From Camelus dromedarius (taxonomy: Eukaryota), in contig NC_087436.1 of NCBI RefSeq assembly GCF_036321535.1, forward strand, positions 117,616,001 to 117,680,000: DNA of 64,000 bases, written 5' to 3'. A model generated the notes under the pieces. The model worked only from the letters and a program-made list of their open reading frames with translations. It was not told where the DNA came from and did no database searches. Below, piece by piece: positions 1-14,599 of this stretch; position 1 is the first letter of the stretch; each line of letters starts with the position of its first letter. Position numbers and translations under genes: made by a program.

Positions 1-849
1 CTAAGTGTCTTCTAAACTCTTCCAATCCAAGGCAGAAAATACTAAACAAGTAAACACACTTACACTCCACTGTAGTATACCCCACATCTCAGGAATACGT
101 TTACTCCCTTTTGTGGTCAAAAATTAAAAGACTTAAAAAAATTATATGTCCAAAGAGAACTATGTGACGTTTGTTTCAGATTCCCAAAGTCTGGCAAGGT
201 TCCTAACTCAACAGATCTCTGTTGGAAAAGTGACAGATTTGATTAGGAAGTTGTGATCTGAAAATAAACATTAAGGAACAGCTATACCTAAAACTGGTGG
301 TTATGATGTATTACGTTTTTTTTAATTTGGCATTTTCTCACGTTGTTTCCGCAGATGCTTTAGTGTACACCAAAGGCACACACTCTCCATGACAGACAGC
401 CAACAACTGATGACCCAGCTGATAACCAGCAGCAGCTCCTCCTCCCGTATGTCGAACAGCTCAGCAGTAGAGCATAAGGTTCGTGGCAACAAACAGTTCT
501 ACCCAAACGCAGTCTCCTATTATTCACGCAAAAACATAAAATCTTCAGACTGAATGCTGCCCTATTGACATTTTAAAAAAATGATCTTTTTGTTTTAATT
601 ATAATATCAATTATGAGGAGCAAATGTTTGTGGAGATGGCAAGGACCCCCACATACACCTATGTAAGCGGGAAAATCACAAATAAAACGGACATATCACA
701 GCTTCTCCCAGTCTCCTTCTCCTGGGGTTCTAGCCCTCGGTAGAAATTATGAGCTGGGAACAACGTGGAACCTCACTTATTTGCAAGCCAAGGGCAAGAG
801 TTACAACAGCACAGACCAGCTCTCTAAACCTTCTACTCAGCGCGGCAAA

Positions 850-876
850 TGCAGGTCCCGCCCACTAGGTGGTGCT
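850..876 (+). promoter_or_regulatory. CTCF motif (core plus possible upstream module)
   Basis: CCACTAGGTGGTGC at 862-875, preceded by TGCAG at 850-854. Confidence 0.6.
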
Positions 877-3800
877 CTCTACCACGCTGTTCCTCCGGGA
901 GCAGTCCTGTATATCAAAATGACAACGGCCTGGTTTTAAGATGATTTGTCTCTCGAGGATATACATTTGGTTTAAGTTTCCACTGCAAAGTTAAAGTTCT
1001 TAAGATAGGTCATGCAGATCAATTGCTCCTGTAATCTGAAACTCAAAAGAGCAAGTAATATCTAAACAAGGGGAGGGGGTGGCCCTGGGCTTATAAGGTT
1101 CTCTAAAAGCCAGGAGACAGTCAGCCTGGCTACCTCTAATCTCATCATCAAAACTGTTACCTTGTCCAGTTTCTGCTTCACATCAGCAAAGAGAAGAGCG
1201 AAATCAACTGCGGGCGGTACAAAGGGAAAACACACATTCAGCTTCCATACTGCTTGAGAGACGCCGATAATCTACACCCAACAGAACACACTGCTTGATA
1301 CTGTTGCTTGACATTTGAACCCCAAAAGTATAAGTTGCTTTGCTCTATTAAAACATATTTTTTCCCTTTATTAGTAGAAACAAAATCAAAGCAATCAACG
1401 TGCATTTTATCATGAAGCTCTGAGAAGAGGGCTTGGTAACGAGATACATAGCCTTGCCTCCAAAGTCATCTTTCAACGGAGTGAGTGGGAATGAAATGCA
1501 GAGCATGCCGGCCTTGAGCAATAATACACATGCTCAAATTCCAAGCAAAATCCAGGGGCCTCATTTCATCACTCCCCGCCCTCCAAAAAATATAGATTCC
1601 TTTCCTTCGTTATGGCCTTCTTTGGAGTAAATAAGACATAAAACAAAGTGGGAAAAAAAGGGCAAAAATATGATTTCAAGGAATGAGTTACAAAACATTC
1701 TAACAACTTCTTTGTTTGAAAAAAATAAGAATAAAAGTTAGTGGTTTCCAGGATTTAAAGAAACTGTAGCAAACTGCTAACTGCTAAGTTTTATAAAATG
1801 CGGACTAGCCTGATAAAAATTGATTCTTACTTATGTGTCTATAATAGCAGAAAATAATTAGTCCCTAATACAATATTTGCTCAAGAAAAATCTGTATGTA
1901 ATAATAACTAGAAAAATTAAGGTTAGATCCTGAGCTGTATATAACAGATCTTGATTTTGAGAATCAAATCATATCTTTTCATCGTACTTTTAAGATTTAT
2001 CATTTTATACTTAGACACAAAAATATTTGTCCTATATATTGAATTTTATATTTCAGTTGAAACCTTTTTTAAAAAAACCAGTATATAATTTACGTTCCTT
2101 TTAACAGTCTTTCAGATCATTAGGTAAAGCATTTGAAACACCACGCATATAAAATTTTCCATTCTTAGCAACAAGTTTCAGTTAAAACCATGTATCAATT
2201 TGTAAGCAATAAAATTGTCATCAAAATGTAACACTAACTGCTCCCTGCAACATACACACTTTAAAGGGACATACTAGTAGTGTGTCAAAGAAAGGAAAGT
2301 AAAACTTTATTATGTTCAAAGAAATCCTTCAGAAAGTCTATAACATTAGTAACTGATAAAATGTTGGCAAGACTACTATTTCAGAAGTGCCCATATGTAA
2401 TAACTGATAAAGTGATATCTTTCTACACTTACTGTATCATTATGGTAAAAAATGGACAAATTTCTCCAAGAACTGGGATATACAGTAAGTGAAAATAAAA
2501 TGCCAGTTTGCAATTGTGAGGTTAATGTAACGACAATGAGATTTAAAACAAATTTTAGATTAACGTTTTAAATTTTTATTTTTATTTATACTCTATATTG
2601 AGATATATTTCAATAATTAAACCAACTAAAATTTTTTTCCTCCTTGCAAAAAATTAGGAATCTCTCTATATGCTAAAATTTAATGCTTCTTTTGTTAAAA
2701 AAAAAATAGTTCAAATTACCCTAGCAACTAAGTATGTATTTTGTTTTTTAAATGGAAATATGTATGTAGTTTTTTGTGCCCATAAGTGGAGAGGAACATT
2801 TTGAGGATTCCTGTAACAATCACTAAGTTCCTTTAAAAAAAAAAAAAAAAAGCAAAACTTCATATATGTTGAAGAATTCATATTTAATCTTTACTTTCAA
2901 TTATAGCCAAAGTCTTTATTCCAGATCCACAAAGATCACCACTCTCTCTGAAAATGACTTTTTAGAGAAAACATTATTAAATGTTACATCTGACTTTAAT
3001 AGAGCTTCCCAATTTGTTTTTGCATGTTTATTATCAAACTCTAATCATGACTTTCCCAAACATATTTATACTTTCACACAAACTTCCAAAGTTTTCCCAA
3101 CTTAAATAAAAACCCACAAAAACTGTGGGAAATGTTTCGCTTGAAAGATAAAAGTAAATTGGTCCAAATATACATTTGCAATAATCAGTGTTTACTTTTG
3201 TTGCTCAAACATTCAGCTTACAGCACTTTCAGTATCTGCATTCAACTTAATTTTTGTCTCTTAAAAAAAAAAAAGGGGAGGGAAAGTAGTTTTCTTCCCC
3301 CAATTTTGCTCTCAAAATATAAACTCATTTAATGCAAAGCATTCCTGGATTAGGCACGTCTTAAACTACAAGCATATCTAGTCTCAAAAGTATTCATATT
3401 ACATACGAAATACTATTTCTTTCAAAACTTCAGTCTGAATATTTTATAAATCTAATTTCACTTTTCCAAATCAAGTGAAGACATTTTACTAAACAAGACC
3501 CAATTAAAATTTTAGGAAATGAAAATGGCAAAAGAACTGATGCTACAATACTAAAGCGGGAAAGAAGGTAAGAATTAATTGCTTTACTTGCAAAGTTCGA
3601 TTATTTTTCCTTTAAGCATTCCTACTATATATAGATTTTGCACTATATTTATTAAACTATGACAAACCTTTAACCTGGGAACAATTTACCAGTTAACATT
3701 ATCTACTGAAAGAGGAAGTATACTTTGGGTCAGTAAAACACTGGAAACTATTTATGCTGCCCTTGTTCAAAGCTGCTTAGAAAACTGGGCTATGTATTTT

Positions 3801-6800
3801 TAAAATAGTCATTAAAAAGAGCCTAAAGGGTAACTGCGATGCAGTTAATCCACAAGCCAACTGATGCCATTTAAGTCTAGAGACAGGAATTTGTCTCTCA
3901 AGGGGGATCTAAGACGTCCACACAGTGATACACGTTAAAGGTAATGAAACTATAAAGAAATATTTCCTAATAGAATGAACATATTTTAAAGTTTGTATGA
4001 TTGGCAACAGAAAAGATTTTTTTTACCACTAAAAAAAAGGCTCCAGACAAGAGATTCTGGTTTTGAAGTATGTCACACCCCAGTTCCCCAGCCACGAATC
4101 CCAGTTCATTTTTTAAAATGAGGTCTATTTCCTGTAATTTTAGATATTTTAGAGTACAATTATTTAACATTTTTATGATGCCTTTGGGGTATCATTATAA
4201 ATATTTTTATGTGTTTAAACTTAGGAAAGTAAAATTAAGTAATAGCTTCTCTTAAAGGGAGCTGTCAGCTCTCTCCTGAACAAAAATCTTTGTTTTAAAG
4301 CAATCTAGAGATTTATATCCCTAGTAACCATAGAAATTAATCTTAAGCTTTAGGGAAAAAAAAACCTGCATAAAACGCTCTTTAATTAAAATCAGAGCTC
4401 TGCTCTTAGAAATAAGGACCCTCTTTTGAACAGAAAGAACTTTCCACAGAGTAGAATTGTTTTTACTCAAGGTGGCACCCTTTGTGATAAATTAATCAAA
4501 CATGTTTAATTGACTCGTGAATTTGTGTGCATAGAAAGTTAAATACTTTGTTGGAAAGGATTTGCTCAGGGAATACATCCACTGAAAACTTTTAGTAAGA
4601 AAAGAAAGTAAAGCACACAGGATTCAGTCTTTGCAGATTATCTAAGTGTGAACAGAAAAGGAGAGAGAGCAAAGAAAGAATTTAACACTTAACAATTAGA
4701 AGGATCACTCACAGCAGAACTCACTTTGTTTTCATAAGGAAACTGAAAATATCATTTCCCGTGCCTTCGTATGAAGGTCCATCAACACATCGTAACTCAG
4801 TTCCGTTCCTGGGATCACTATCACTTTCTATTCCACGTGCACTAAAACAGAGATACGTTCTGAAGTCTGCTTATCGCCATGTGACCAAGAAGTTTATTTC
4901 CAATTTAGAAACCAGTCAGGGACGCCTCGGGGAGCCTCGGGGAGTCAGCAACGCTTTTCTGCGCGCTCCCTCCTGAGTGGTCTGAAAGACTGTGTATTTG
5001 AGGGGTGGTCAAGACAAACTCCTCAAACATTTCTGAAATGTCAAAGTTTTCAAGGCTTATGAAATTCAGGTTTTGATGAAATCTGTGCACTACCAAATTT
5101 GATTAACTTTCATGAGATTTAAATTTTATAGCTTCAGGTTTTTCTCTGCATAACGAATAATGTTAAAAGTTAAGCCACATTCTGTTTCCACTATATTTTT
5201 AAAAACCCATTTGGACTTTTCTGAAAAAGAAGATTAAAAACCAAAAAAGGTTAAGAGCTTAGTTTAGAATCAGGAAACAGACACCGATGATCATGTCAAA
5301 AAATAAATATGAACTATTCGTAAAGTGCTCGTACAGTATACTATAAACCCCAAGTCAAGTCCAGATTAGAAATGTTTCTGCTTTCAGATAAAGTCTTTGA
5401 AGAGGCCTGAAATAGGTGTTTCTCTGCATGAGTTTAGGCGCTGCTAAGAATGCTAAACATTTATCATCATCTTCTCTAAGCAAACCCACTTTTTGGAAAA
5501 GACACAGGCATTTCCTCCCCACACTGTCCATGGCTAATTTCACAGTCCTACAAAGGAAAACTTTCCCAAGCATTTAAGAGAATCAAGACGTCTTGGCATA
5601 TGCAGTAAAGCTGCAAAAGGCAACAGAAACTGATGAGGAACCACAATAAATGATGAGAACAGGCAGTTCCCACTGCATCTGACACTGGAGTGTGTTCACC
5701 TTGTTGTTCCAAAAACGATTCCACTATGAAAAAAAAAAAGTTTCCACAGGGGATAGAGGGGAGACGACGGCAATCAAGTGTTTGGGTTCAGATATTATAA
5801 AACGACACATCTACCCTCTTCACTACAGGCTGCCACTTCCCTAGCAGTTAGTCCCCAGGTTAAACAATACATATTATGTGTCAATGAACTGGTTTTCACT
5901 TTTAATCCAAATTACAGTAATCAACACTGATAGGAATCTAAAAAATCTAACCCAAAGCATCAACAGAAAATAATGTTTGGTTTAAATGGTTTAAAAATAA
6001 TCTCAGCGCATGATGCCATTTTGAAGCTCTTACAAAACGATGTTTAGTAAAAACAAAACATCAACATTCTGTTGGAAGCACAGCTGGAATCAGTCCCTTC
6101 CCTCTGCTTTTTACCTTACACATGCGAGAACTTACGAAATATGAAAGAGCCCCGTTTTCACGGAGAACACGGGAACCGGAAAAGAGGTTCGTGGGCTTTC
6201 AACCACTTGTTATTTGTATGTGTTTAACTCTTCTCCCTCTTATGTAAAAAAAAATCGAGGTAAATATGTGCTCTTCCGTGTACCTCCTTAACCCTGTATC
6301 CCATGGTGGCTCCTTCAGGACTTTATCCTACAGGCAAAGCCTTACACTGGAGTCAGACATTTGAGGCCTGCACGGTGGCCTTGAGAGTTACATAACGTAC
6401 ACAAGAGCACACGGAGGTGACAGTGCAAATGCTACGAAGCAAGAGGTAGTAATAATCACAGTTGGAGGACAGCATTCATGAGCCACTTACTCGTGCACCC
6501 GCAGAGAATGAGAATTCCACACACAGAGCAGCCGGCTCACCGCGTGCCCGTGGTCAAGTCACTTCTTTATGCTTCAGTTCCCTCACTTGTAAAATGAAGG
6601 GTTTAGCGCTCCCTGATCCTGAAGGTCTATTTGAGCTCCAGAAATTCCATGACTTCTTGCCTTTGACTGAAAGCTGAATAGTATATTTTCGGGGGATTTT
6701 TCATGTGTCAATTCATTTTTGCTTAACTTACAAAGAAAGAATTTAGCCTTTATTTCTGATTACCTGCTACATGACAGAGTATACTCCATGTTTTCACATA

Positions 6801-7359
6801 TCTCATTTAATCTTCACAATCATCTTAATATTATCACTTTTACAATTTTATAGGTAAGAAAACTGAGGCTCAGATATGCTAGAATCAGTAAAATTAAATC
6901 TGCCCAATTAACTACGCTCGCTCCGTACATCATGGGATCTCCCCTGACGCGGAATGACAACCGTGTGCTGACTCACCCGCTGACGGCTGAACACTCTGGT
7001 GCTGTGTGTGTATGACAGGCTGCGCTGGGTGCTGGGCTGACACCCTCCGGTAGGAAGCACCTCCCTACCTCCACGGGCCCTGCCATACAGAGCCAAACCA
7101 TACAGCTATATGCCCTCACCTGCAAAAGGCCATTAAAAACCCTACATATGTCATGAAACCAGGGGAAGGAAGGGTAGGTGGCTAGAAAAACAGGGAGAGA
7201 GTGACCTCGGACCTTGGAAAAGGGAGAAGAGGGAGGATTTGATTGGTCTCAGGTAGGGCCAGGTAAAATTTCTCTCTGGTCCCTGGCCCCCTTTGCAAGC
7301 TCTCCAGATCATTCTAATGCACAAGCAGGGGTGGGGACCACTGACCGTGGGCGGCCCAG

Positions 7360-7570
7360 GACGGCAGACTCGGACTCAAGCTGCATGAATCCAACACAGG
7401 GTCTGACAGTCCCTAACTGTGTGGCTGTCCCCAAATGACTTACCCTATCTTTGCCTCAGTTTCTTCATTTGTAAAATGGGGGGATAGTAGTACATATCTC
7501 ATAGGGTGTATGACGATGAAATGGGTTATTTTGTGCTCAGAAAAGTGCCCTGGCACATGACAAGTACCCT
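7360..7570 (+). mobile_element. MIR SINE
   Basis: MIR core GCCTCAGTTTCTTCATTTGTAAAATGGGG...AGTACATATCTCATAGGG...CCTGGCACA. Confidence 0.8.
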
Positions 7571-9659
7571 GCAAAGACTGGAAGGCCTTGAATGCCCGGT
7601 GAAGGAATTTCTGAAGGCAACTTGTGAAGTGTTCTCCTACCAACGCTGACAGAAGATGACAGCTCGCTTTCTCTCACTCTCTCATATTTAAATTGTACAT
7701 TTAAATACAAAAAATAAATGGAACCTAATGCCAGTCCAAGTCCAGGTCCAGCTGCCCCAACTCCATGTCTGAAGCTTTAAACAGGAAAAAAAAAAAAAAC
7801 CCACCACATAACAACATTCATTTTCAGGTAAAATAATCTGCAGAGTTAACTGTAACAAGTAAGATTTTTTTTTAAAGGAGGTTCTCACAGAATCCTAGTA
7901 TAACGAAATGGAACAAGTTAAAATGGATATGAGAGCTAAAATAAAGTGCCAGAGCACAGTGGTGCTGTCAACATACACACTACGGGCTCTGAAAATTGTC
8001 CACGTGTGAGATATTGGGATGGTAAGTGAGAACATCTATGACTGTGAGATCATGTGATTCTTTTTATCCTGTAGTTGAATTACATTTCATTAAATAAATG
8101 TGCCTTCATCAAGATTTCTTTGTCATATACACTTTGAAAAACAAGGTTTCTCTCTTTTTTCCCCCATTTATTCTTTATGTTCCCAAAAGAAAGGTAAAGC
8201 AAGTCATACAAGATCAATTTTAAAATAAAGGAACAGAGTCAGAGGGACTGCCCAAGACCACCACTGAGTGAGATGAACACTGACTTCTTAAACACCAACC
8301 CCAGTGGTGAGGGAAGGAAAAAAGGAGGCCAGGGCAGCGGAATGAGACGATGTCCCAGAGCTGGAGGCCTCTCGTGTCCTGATAATCCCATCTCAGAGCC
8401 GTGGCTGCGGCTCCTGGGTTGGGTACTGTGCACGCTGGGTTATGAGACAATGAGACCCCACAGCCATCGCTGCCTCCTGCTGAACTGCTCCAGCCAATCT
8501 GCCAGCAAGCCCTACAGAAATCCAGCCCCTTCTGCTCACGCCATCAGCCTTAACCGTGGAGAGTCCCCAGCGCTGTCCCGGCCGCGCAGGCTCTCCCCTC
8601 ACCACCCCCACGCCGCCCACCCAGCCAGCCCAAGCCGCGGTGCCAGGGAGGAGGGGCTGAGGCCTGGGATATCTGTGCTGTTTCCAGTCAGCAGCTTTGG
8701 AGCATCACTAAAAGCCTCACACCTACTGATGCCACCCTACACAGCTGTGGGTAGAAAGACCGACATTTTATCTCTAACCCTTTCCATGCTTAATAACAAT
8801 AGCACCATGGGTTTGGAATTTTAAAACAAAACAAAATAAAAACCTACCCTCTACCACATTAAACCACCATGTCACGCAGGGGACTCAAATTGTGAGCACC
8901 TTGGGCACTTAAGGTGTGCAAAGAACAGCTGCTTGAAAGAGGCAGATGAGGGTGTGGGAAGCAGTGACTTGCCTGCCTGTTGAGGGAGGTGGGGGGGATT
9001 CCTTCATTCCGCCGACATAAACTAGCCTGCATCTGAGAAGACTCAGCAGCCAATGGAAAAACTGGCCTCTTAATGTTTTACATAGAAATGAATTCCATAA
9101 AACCAGCATTTCCACCAACAATAGTTTCCGATTGCAGCTGGGTCTGCCATCCCGGGTCTAGGACCCGGCTGGCAGTGGAAGTGGATGGTTGCAGACATGC
9201 AAGAGGACAATCGCCCATACCCCCCTCAGGCTCCACAGAGCAAAGGGAGCCATGAAGACGACAAGACTCCTTGCCCCCCGCCCCCCAGGACCTGTGCGAG
9301 AAGGCCTCCTCGGTGTGGCTTTAGGAGAGTGTGACCTCTGACTTAGTTCTCAGAGGCGCAGGCTGAACTCCCAGGATTACTGCACAATATGCCAATAAGG
9401 AGCACAGACTTCCAGTTTCTAAGATGTTTATAATGAACCATCAGTGCAGAAAAACTAGGAAGTGGGGGAAGCAAGAAAAAATAGAAAAAACTACATCACC
9501 ATTCAGCTTACTCAGTATCAACTGACGAGGCCCTGGAACTACAAACGGCGCTTTACTGTTCTGTGATTAACACAGAAACATCAACAGACAACCACACATC
9601 TCTTCACGCGGCCACCAGCACCCCTACAACCCCGCACCAGGCACAGCTTCACCCTGACC

Positions 9660-9860
9660 CACAAGTATTCACTGAATTTTCCTCAACAGCCTACGAGGTG
9701 GAGAGTATTACTATCCCTATTTGACACACGAGGACACTGAGGCGCAGAAAGGTTAACTGCTGTGCCCAGTGTCACTCAGCTCATGCACAGCATAACCCGG
9801 GTGAAACCCAATTAATGTAGCTCTATAATCTTTGCTCTTAACTGATGTCTGTACTGCCTA
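9660..9860 (-). mobile_element. MIR SINE
   Basis: Reverse MIR core ...CCTATTTGACACACGAGGACACTGAGGCGCAGAAAGGTTAA... Confidence 0.7.
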
Positions 9861-12229
9861 CTGTGTGAGAATTTATAAGACCTACCAATAAAAAATGTGT
9901 TCACTGGTCCTCGGAGTCACCTTGTCATATCTTCCTGAGATACAACTATTATACCTAGAATGAAATTTGTATTGTGCCTGCTGAGTTAAACAAAGATTAA
10001 CTTTGTCTTCCAAGACACAGGAATATAAGGAGACGATACACTACGGCCAGGGATAATGTATTCCTAGATGTTTCTATCTGAAGGTATGTGGTATGTGTCA
10101 ACCAGAGGTATGATTACTAATTAGTGTAAATGAACATATGTATTTTTCTACTTATTAAAAAAAAATTACATAAAACTTTGATTAACAATATTAACCATGA
10201 AAATCAAACTTACTCTTTTCCATAGAAGAATTCTTGTTCCACAGAACCTCAATGCAAATTGTTTTCACTATATAAATTTACAACTCATTTATATATGTCT
10301 TCCCTAAATTTGGAAATGTTTTTTTTCTTTTTAGAACAATTTTTCTCTGGAGGGAAACATTCCCAGAAAAAAAAGGTAAAAAGTAAGTAGATTTGAAGTG
10401 ACTTTTATACTTCTTTGCAAAATAATTCTGGATAATGAACCTAGTAACAACCGTAAACCCCAAATAACGATACTATTACTGCCAGTATGTGAGAAAGGTC
10501 TCCCTACTAAACTTGCTGTGCTTTGAAATATTTAATCTCACCCATTTTGGTGTTTTCTTTTGTTTTTGTTTTTGTTTTTCTATCTTCACTCCTCAGTGTG
10601 ATGATGGCACATAGTCCTGCTATTTCACAGATATATACTGAATTGCTTAGATAAAAGTAAGGACAAGTGTTTGGACTATACATATCATTGGCCTAATCCA
10701 AAAATCAAAGACTTCATAATCTTTCCAAGAAACACAGTTCTTTGATACCAGTTCTCTGGTACATAACACTACTGTTCAGACAAAACAATCAGGTAACATC
10801 TAGGCAGTCAGGACATTTAGGGAGTATAATAGTGGGCAAATAGTAAAACAGCTTCAGTGTTAAGACAAAGATCTAGGCTTCATTTCAGATGAAATAAACA
10901 GAAAAAGATGCGGCCAATGAGAAATGCTAAGCACTGGGAAGACAGTGGGATGTCCTCTGAAGGCCTTTAAGAATAAGACATTCATCACAGGGCTTCAGAT
11001 GATTTTTGAAAGACAGAAAGCTCACGGAGGCAGCATATTCCAGCACTAGAATTCTTAGGCTATAGCGCACAAGGCAAAATACACAACCAGGCCAAAGAGG
11101 CAAACGAAGAAAAAAGGTGCCACTTCTTAGCAGGGGACTAACAGTTTGAGGCTACCATGGACTTACATAAAACAAACATTTCAAAAATTTATCCCAGTGC
11201 CTAACAAACTTTCCTTAAAAGATCTTTTCTTTTAAATTAAAAACAGTAGCTTTATTAATGCACAACCCATTTCAAATTTGAAACACAACTCTAAGCCATA
11301 CCTTGTGGACTGGAAAGCCATAATTGTAATGTGGAATGGGACCAACTGAAATCAATATAAGAAATTTGAAGTAAGTAAATATGTTTTTTTCCTAGGGGGT
11401 AATATAAAACGTATGAAATTACAGTAGTAAGAAGTTATTAATTTTAAATTATAAAGTAGAACTGAGGACTTCAAAATATTCATAGATTTTTTTCAAAGAA
11501 TTTTGAAAGCAAAGAAAACCACACCATGCTCTGGAAAAGCTTACCTTTTAGAAAAACAGCGTTTAAGTTGCCCAGCTTCTTGCCCATGCCGCACTGCAGA
11601 CCGGGCTGTGCTACAGAGAGCAACCGCGATGGACCCCATCGCGCCCTGCACTGATTAAAGCTGGATTTTCAGGTTCACAGGTAATACACTGACTGGCTTC
11701 TGCATAAACATTCATTATTTAATAGCTAACCCAATTTAATTATTAAACCTGAACCAGGTGAGAACAGAAACTGTGTCAAGTTACCTGTATACCAGAATCC
11801 TCTGGCAAGAAGATTTATGAAAATTTCAACAATCCCTGGGCAAAGAGTCACTAGTAGAGGAACGTTACCTCAAGTCAGAAGAACTAACTTAGTGGCACTC
11901 AGACATGTCTGCTAAATGAAAGAATAAAGGAATGTTCGTTCGATAGGGGGAAATGGCTTTTCAAATTTAGTTTTTTCCATATAGAACGTCTGCTGATTAA
12001 AACAGCAGTGACTCATCTATTTCACCCCTGCCCTCGGTCCAGCTGGGTCACTAGCCCAGCTGTGGGGGTGACAGTGGGCAGTGGAGTGTGCCTTAACAGA
12101 TCTCCAGCATCAGAGCCTATGTATCAGTGATCCTTTCCTCAGCGGAATTTTAAAGTGGATTTTCATCTACTCGGTATCAGGGAAAAAACTGCCTCTTCAA
12201 CTACATTTTAAATTTCTTTTTTATAAACT

Positions 12230-12760
12230 TACTTTCTGCTAATCATGTAGAGTTTGTGAAATAAGCAAAATATAAAGAAGAAGATATAAACTCACAATAT
12301 CATCACCTAGAAATAAACTCATTTAGCACTCTGATGGACTATCCATTTTATGCATATATATCCTTTATGTAACTGAAACCATATTACATGCACAATTCTA
12401 TATTCTACTTATCTTAATTGACACCATAATAAGCACGTCTCATATAATGAAAAACCCTTCTAAAAACTGCTTCAATGGCTGTACATTTCATTGCTTAAAT
12501 TTACCATAATTTGACTATTTCTCTACTGTTGGACAACTAAGTTGTTTCTTCTGATTTTCTACAAGGATAAATTATGCTGTAATGAACATCTTTTTGCTAA
12601 AACATACTGGAGTATTTTTGTATACTAAATTTTTACCTGATTTTGTAATTCCTTAAGATAAAGTCTTAAAAGAGGAATTACATGCTAAAAAGTTACAAAC
12701 ATTTTAAAATCTTGACATACATTGCCAAACGGTTCCCCAGACAGAAAAGGACCTATTTGC
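12230..12760 (-). mobile_element. Ancient L1 (L1ME-like) 3' fragment
   Basis: Degenerate antisense L1 3' motifs, e.g. CTGTTGGACAACTAAGTTGTTTC, ATGCTGTAATGAACATC, ATTGCCAAA. Confidence 0.6.
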
Positions 12761-14364
12761 GTCGTACGGCACCCCAGTCCCAGCAAACGGCAGCTGTCCA
12801 TGTGCAGTGCTGCCCAGACTCCCCTCCCTTTTTATCTGCCTGCTCAGAGTGACTGCTTTTTAAAACAGTAAACATCACAATTATCCTAATACCACTAAAT
12901 CCAATTCCTTCTGCCTCAAGTTAGTGATCATTTTCTATATACAGGGCAAAATAAGACTTTAGTTTCCTCATCTAGAAAATGAGGAGAGTCAGGCTAAATG
13001 AACTGTAAGGCTCTTGTGAGCTCGGACATTCTACAATTCTTATCTGTCCTCGTGCAGACACCATGTGTGTAGGTTCACAAGACACTGACAGAAGAATAAA
13101 ACGTAACTTAAAGCTCCTCCCCTGTTTCTCAATCTTGTTTCCCTTAGAGCAAATCATGAACAGTAACTCTGCAAATTGGAAATACTTAAATACAATTGCC
13201 ATACTGTTTTATAAAAAGAAAGATAACATTCACTTCTGGTATTTAAATACATAACCTAGTTTTTGATTTTCAATTCAGGCTCCATAAAACTAGATGCAAC
13301 AGCTGGAAATTCTGATTCAAAATTATGACTTCACAGAAAACCAGATGCTATATCAAAGATAAAGTTTCCTGGAGAAGTATAGCACTTTAAGAGGCAATTG
13401 AAAATCTGTGTTAGATTTTCTGCAGAAAAACAGAAACCTCCAGGATACTAAGCATTAAGAATCTGCACATTAACAGAAAGTTGAAGCTGCCAATCTGCAG
13501 TGCATATTTCTCAACAGCCATATAACCTGTTGACCTGATGCATGCACACAGACCTATAGGTGTGATATGCCGAAAAGTACCCATCAGATACCTCAAAACC
13601 ACTGTAGGCAAAAAGGGAACAAATGACAACTAATTTTTTAATCTTTGAAAAGTACATTAGGATAAAAAATACCAAAAAACTATTTCAGTGGAGAATTCAA
13701 GCAGAGCCTTGTTACTTGAAAAAACAGTATAAGTTACCTAAAACAATGTAATTGGGAAAACAGAGAAAAAGGATTTAGAGAAAGTGGCATTATTATTAAG
13801 TTAGCAAGACAGCTACTGAGTCAAAAACTCTACTTGTAGAAGAACATTTTATTCTTGAAAATTAAAAATGAACTTCATAGCGTACAACACTACTCAGGAA
13901 CAAAAACATTTCCCCTTTTATATCTTTTCAAAGAAAACTGAAAAGGTTAATAGATTTTGAGTCAAATTTTACAAAAAAATTTTACATAAAAGTTTTTTTC
14001 CTAGATTAGTGAAAAAATTTATGTTGTGAATTCTTACTAGATGTCTTGGGTTGAGGAAATTGTGGCTGGGAAAACAAAACAAAACGAAACAAAACAAAAC
14101 ACAAAACCACACCACAGCTCTTTGCCCTCACGTGTCCTGAAGCAGGAGTCCACACAAGGAGGGACAGGTGTCTGGAAGCACAGGATGACCTGCTGTAGTG
14201 TACCTCGCATACACAATTTTAAGGAAGTAGATTTCCAGATCCTCAACATCTATGTGTACTTTTTTCTGAAGCGGATCTGCCTGAGAAACTGTTGTGATAT
14301 CCCGCTGCCTCTGCCTTCCCACCAGCCCTTCGCAAGCTCCCTCTACCACTCCAGAAAAGAAGGG

Positions 14365-14570
14365 CATGACTGGGATTGCACTGGCTCTATAGATCAGTCT
14401 GGGACAAACGGATGTCTGAACAATACCGAGTCTTCCAATCACAAATATGGTACATCTCCCCATTTATTTAGGTCTTCTGTAGTTTCTTTCATCAGTGTTT
14501 TATTATTTTCATCACACAAATCTTGCACATATTTTGTAAAGTGAGTATTAAGTATTTTATGGTATGTGGT
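14365..14570 (-). mobile_element. L1 ORF2 fragment
   Basis: GGGATTGCACTGGCTCTATAGATCAGTCTGGG...GAGTCTTCCAATC...CCATTTATTTAGGTCTTCT is typical antisense L1 ORF2. Confidence 0.75.
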
Positions 14571-14599
14571 GCTACTTGAAAAAAAAAAAAAAAAAGAAA

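Noticed and set aside
8273..8824. 183-aa ORF over a small GC-rich patch
   Set aside because: No recognisable domain or splice structure; antisense within an intron; explained by local GC content.
14041..14544. 167-aa ORF
   Set aside because: Chimera of an (AAAAC)n repeat, unique sequence and antisense L1.
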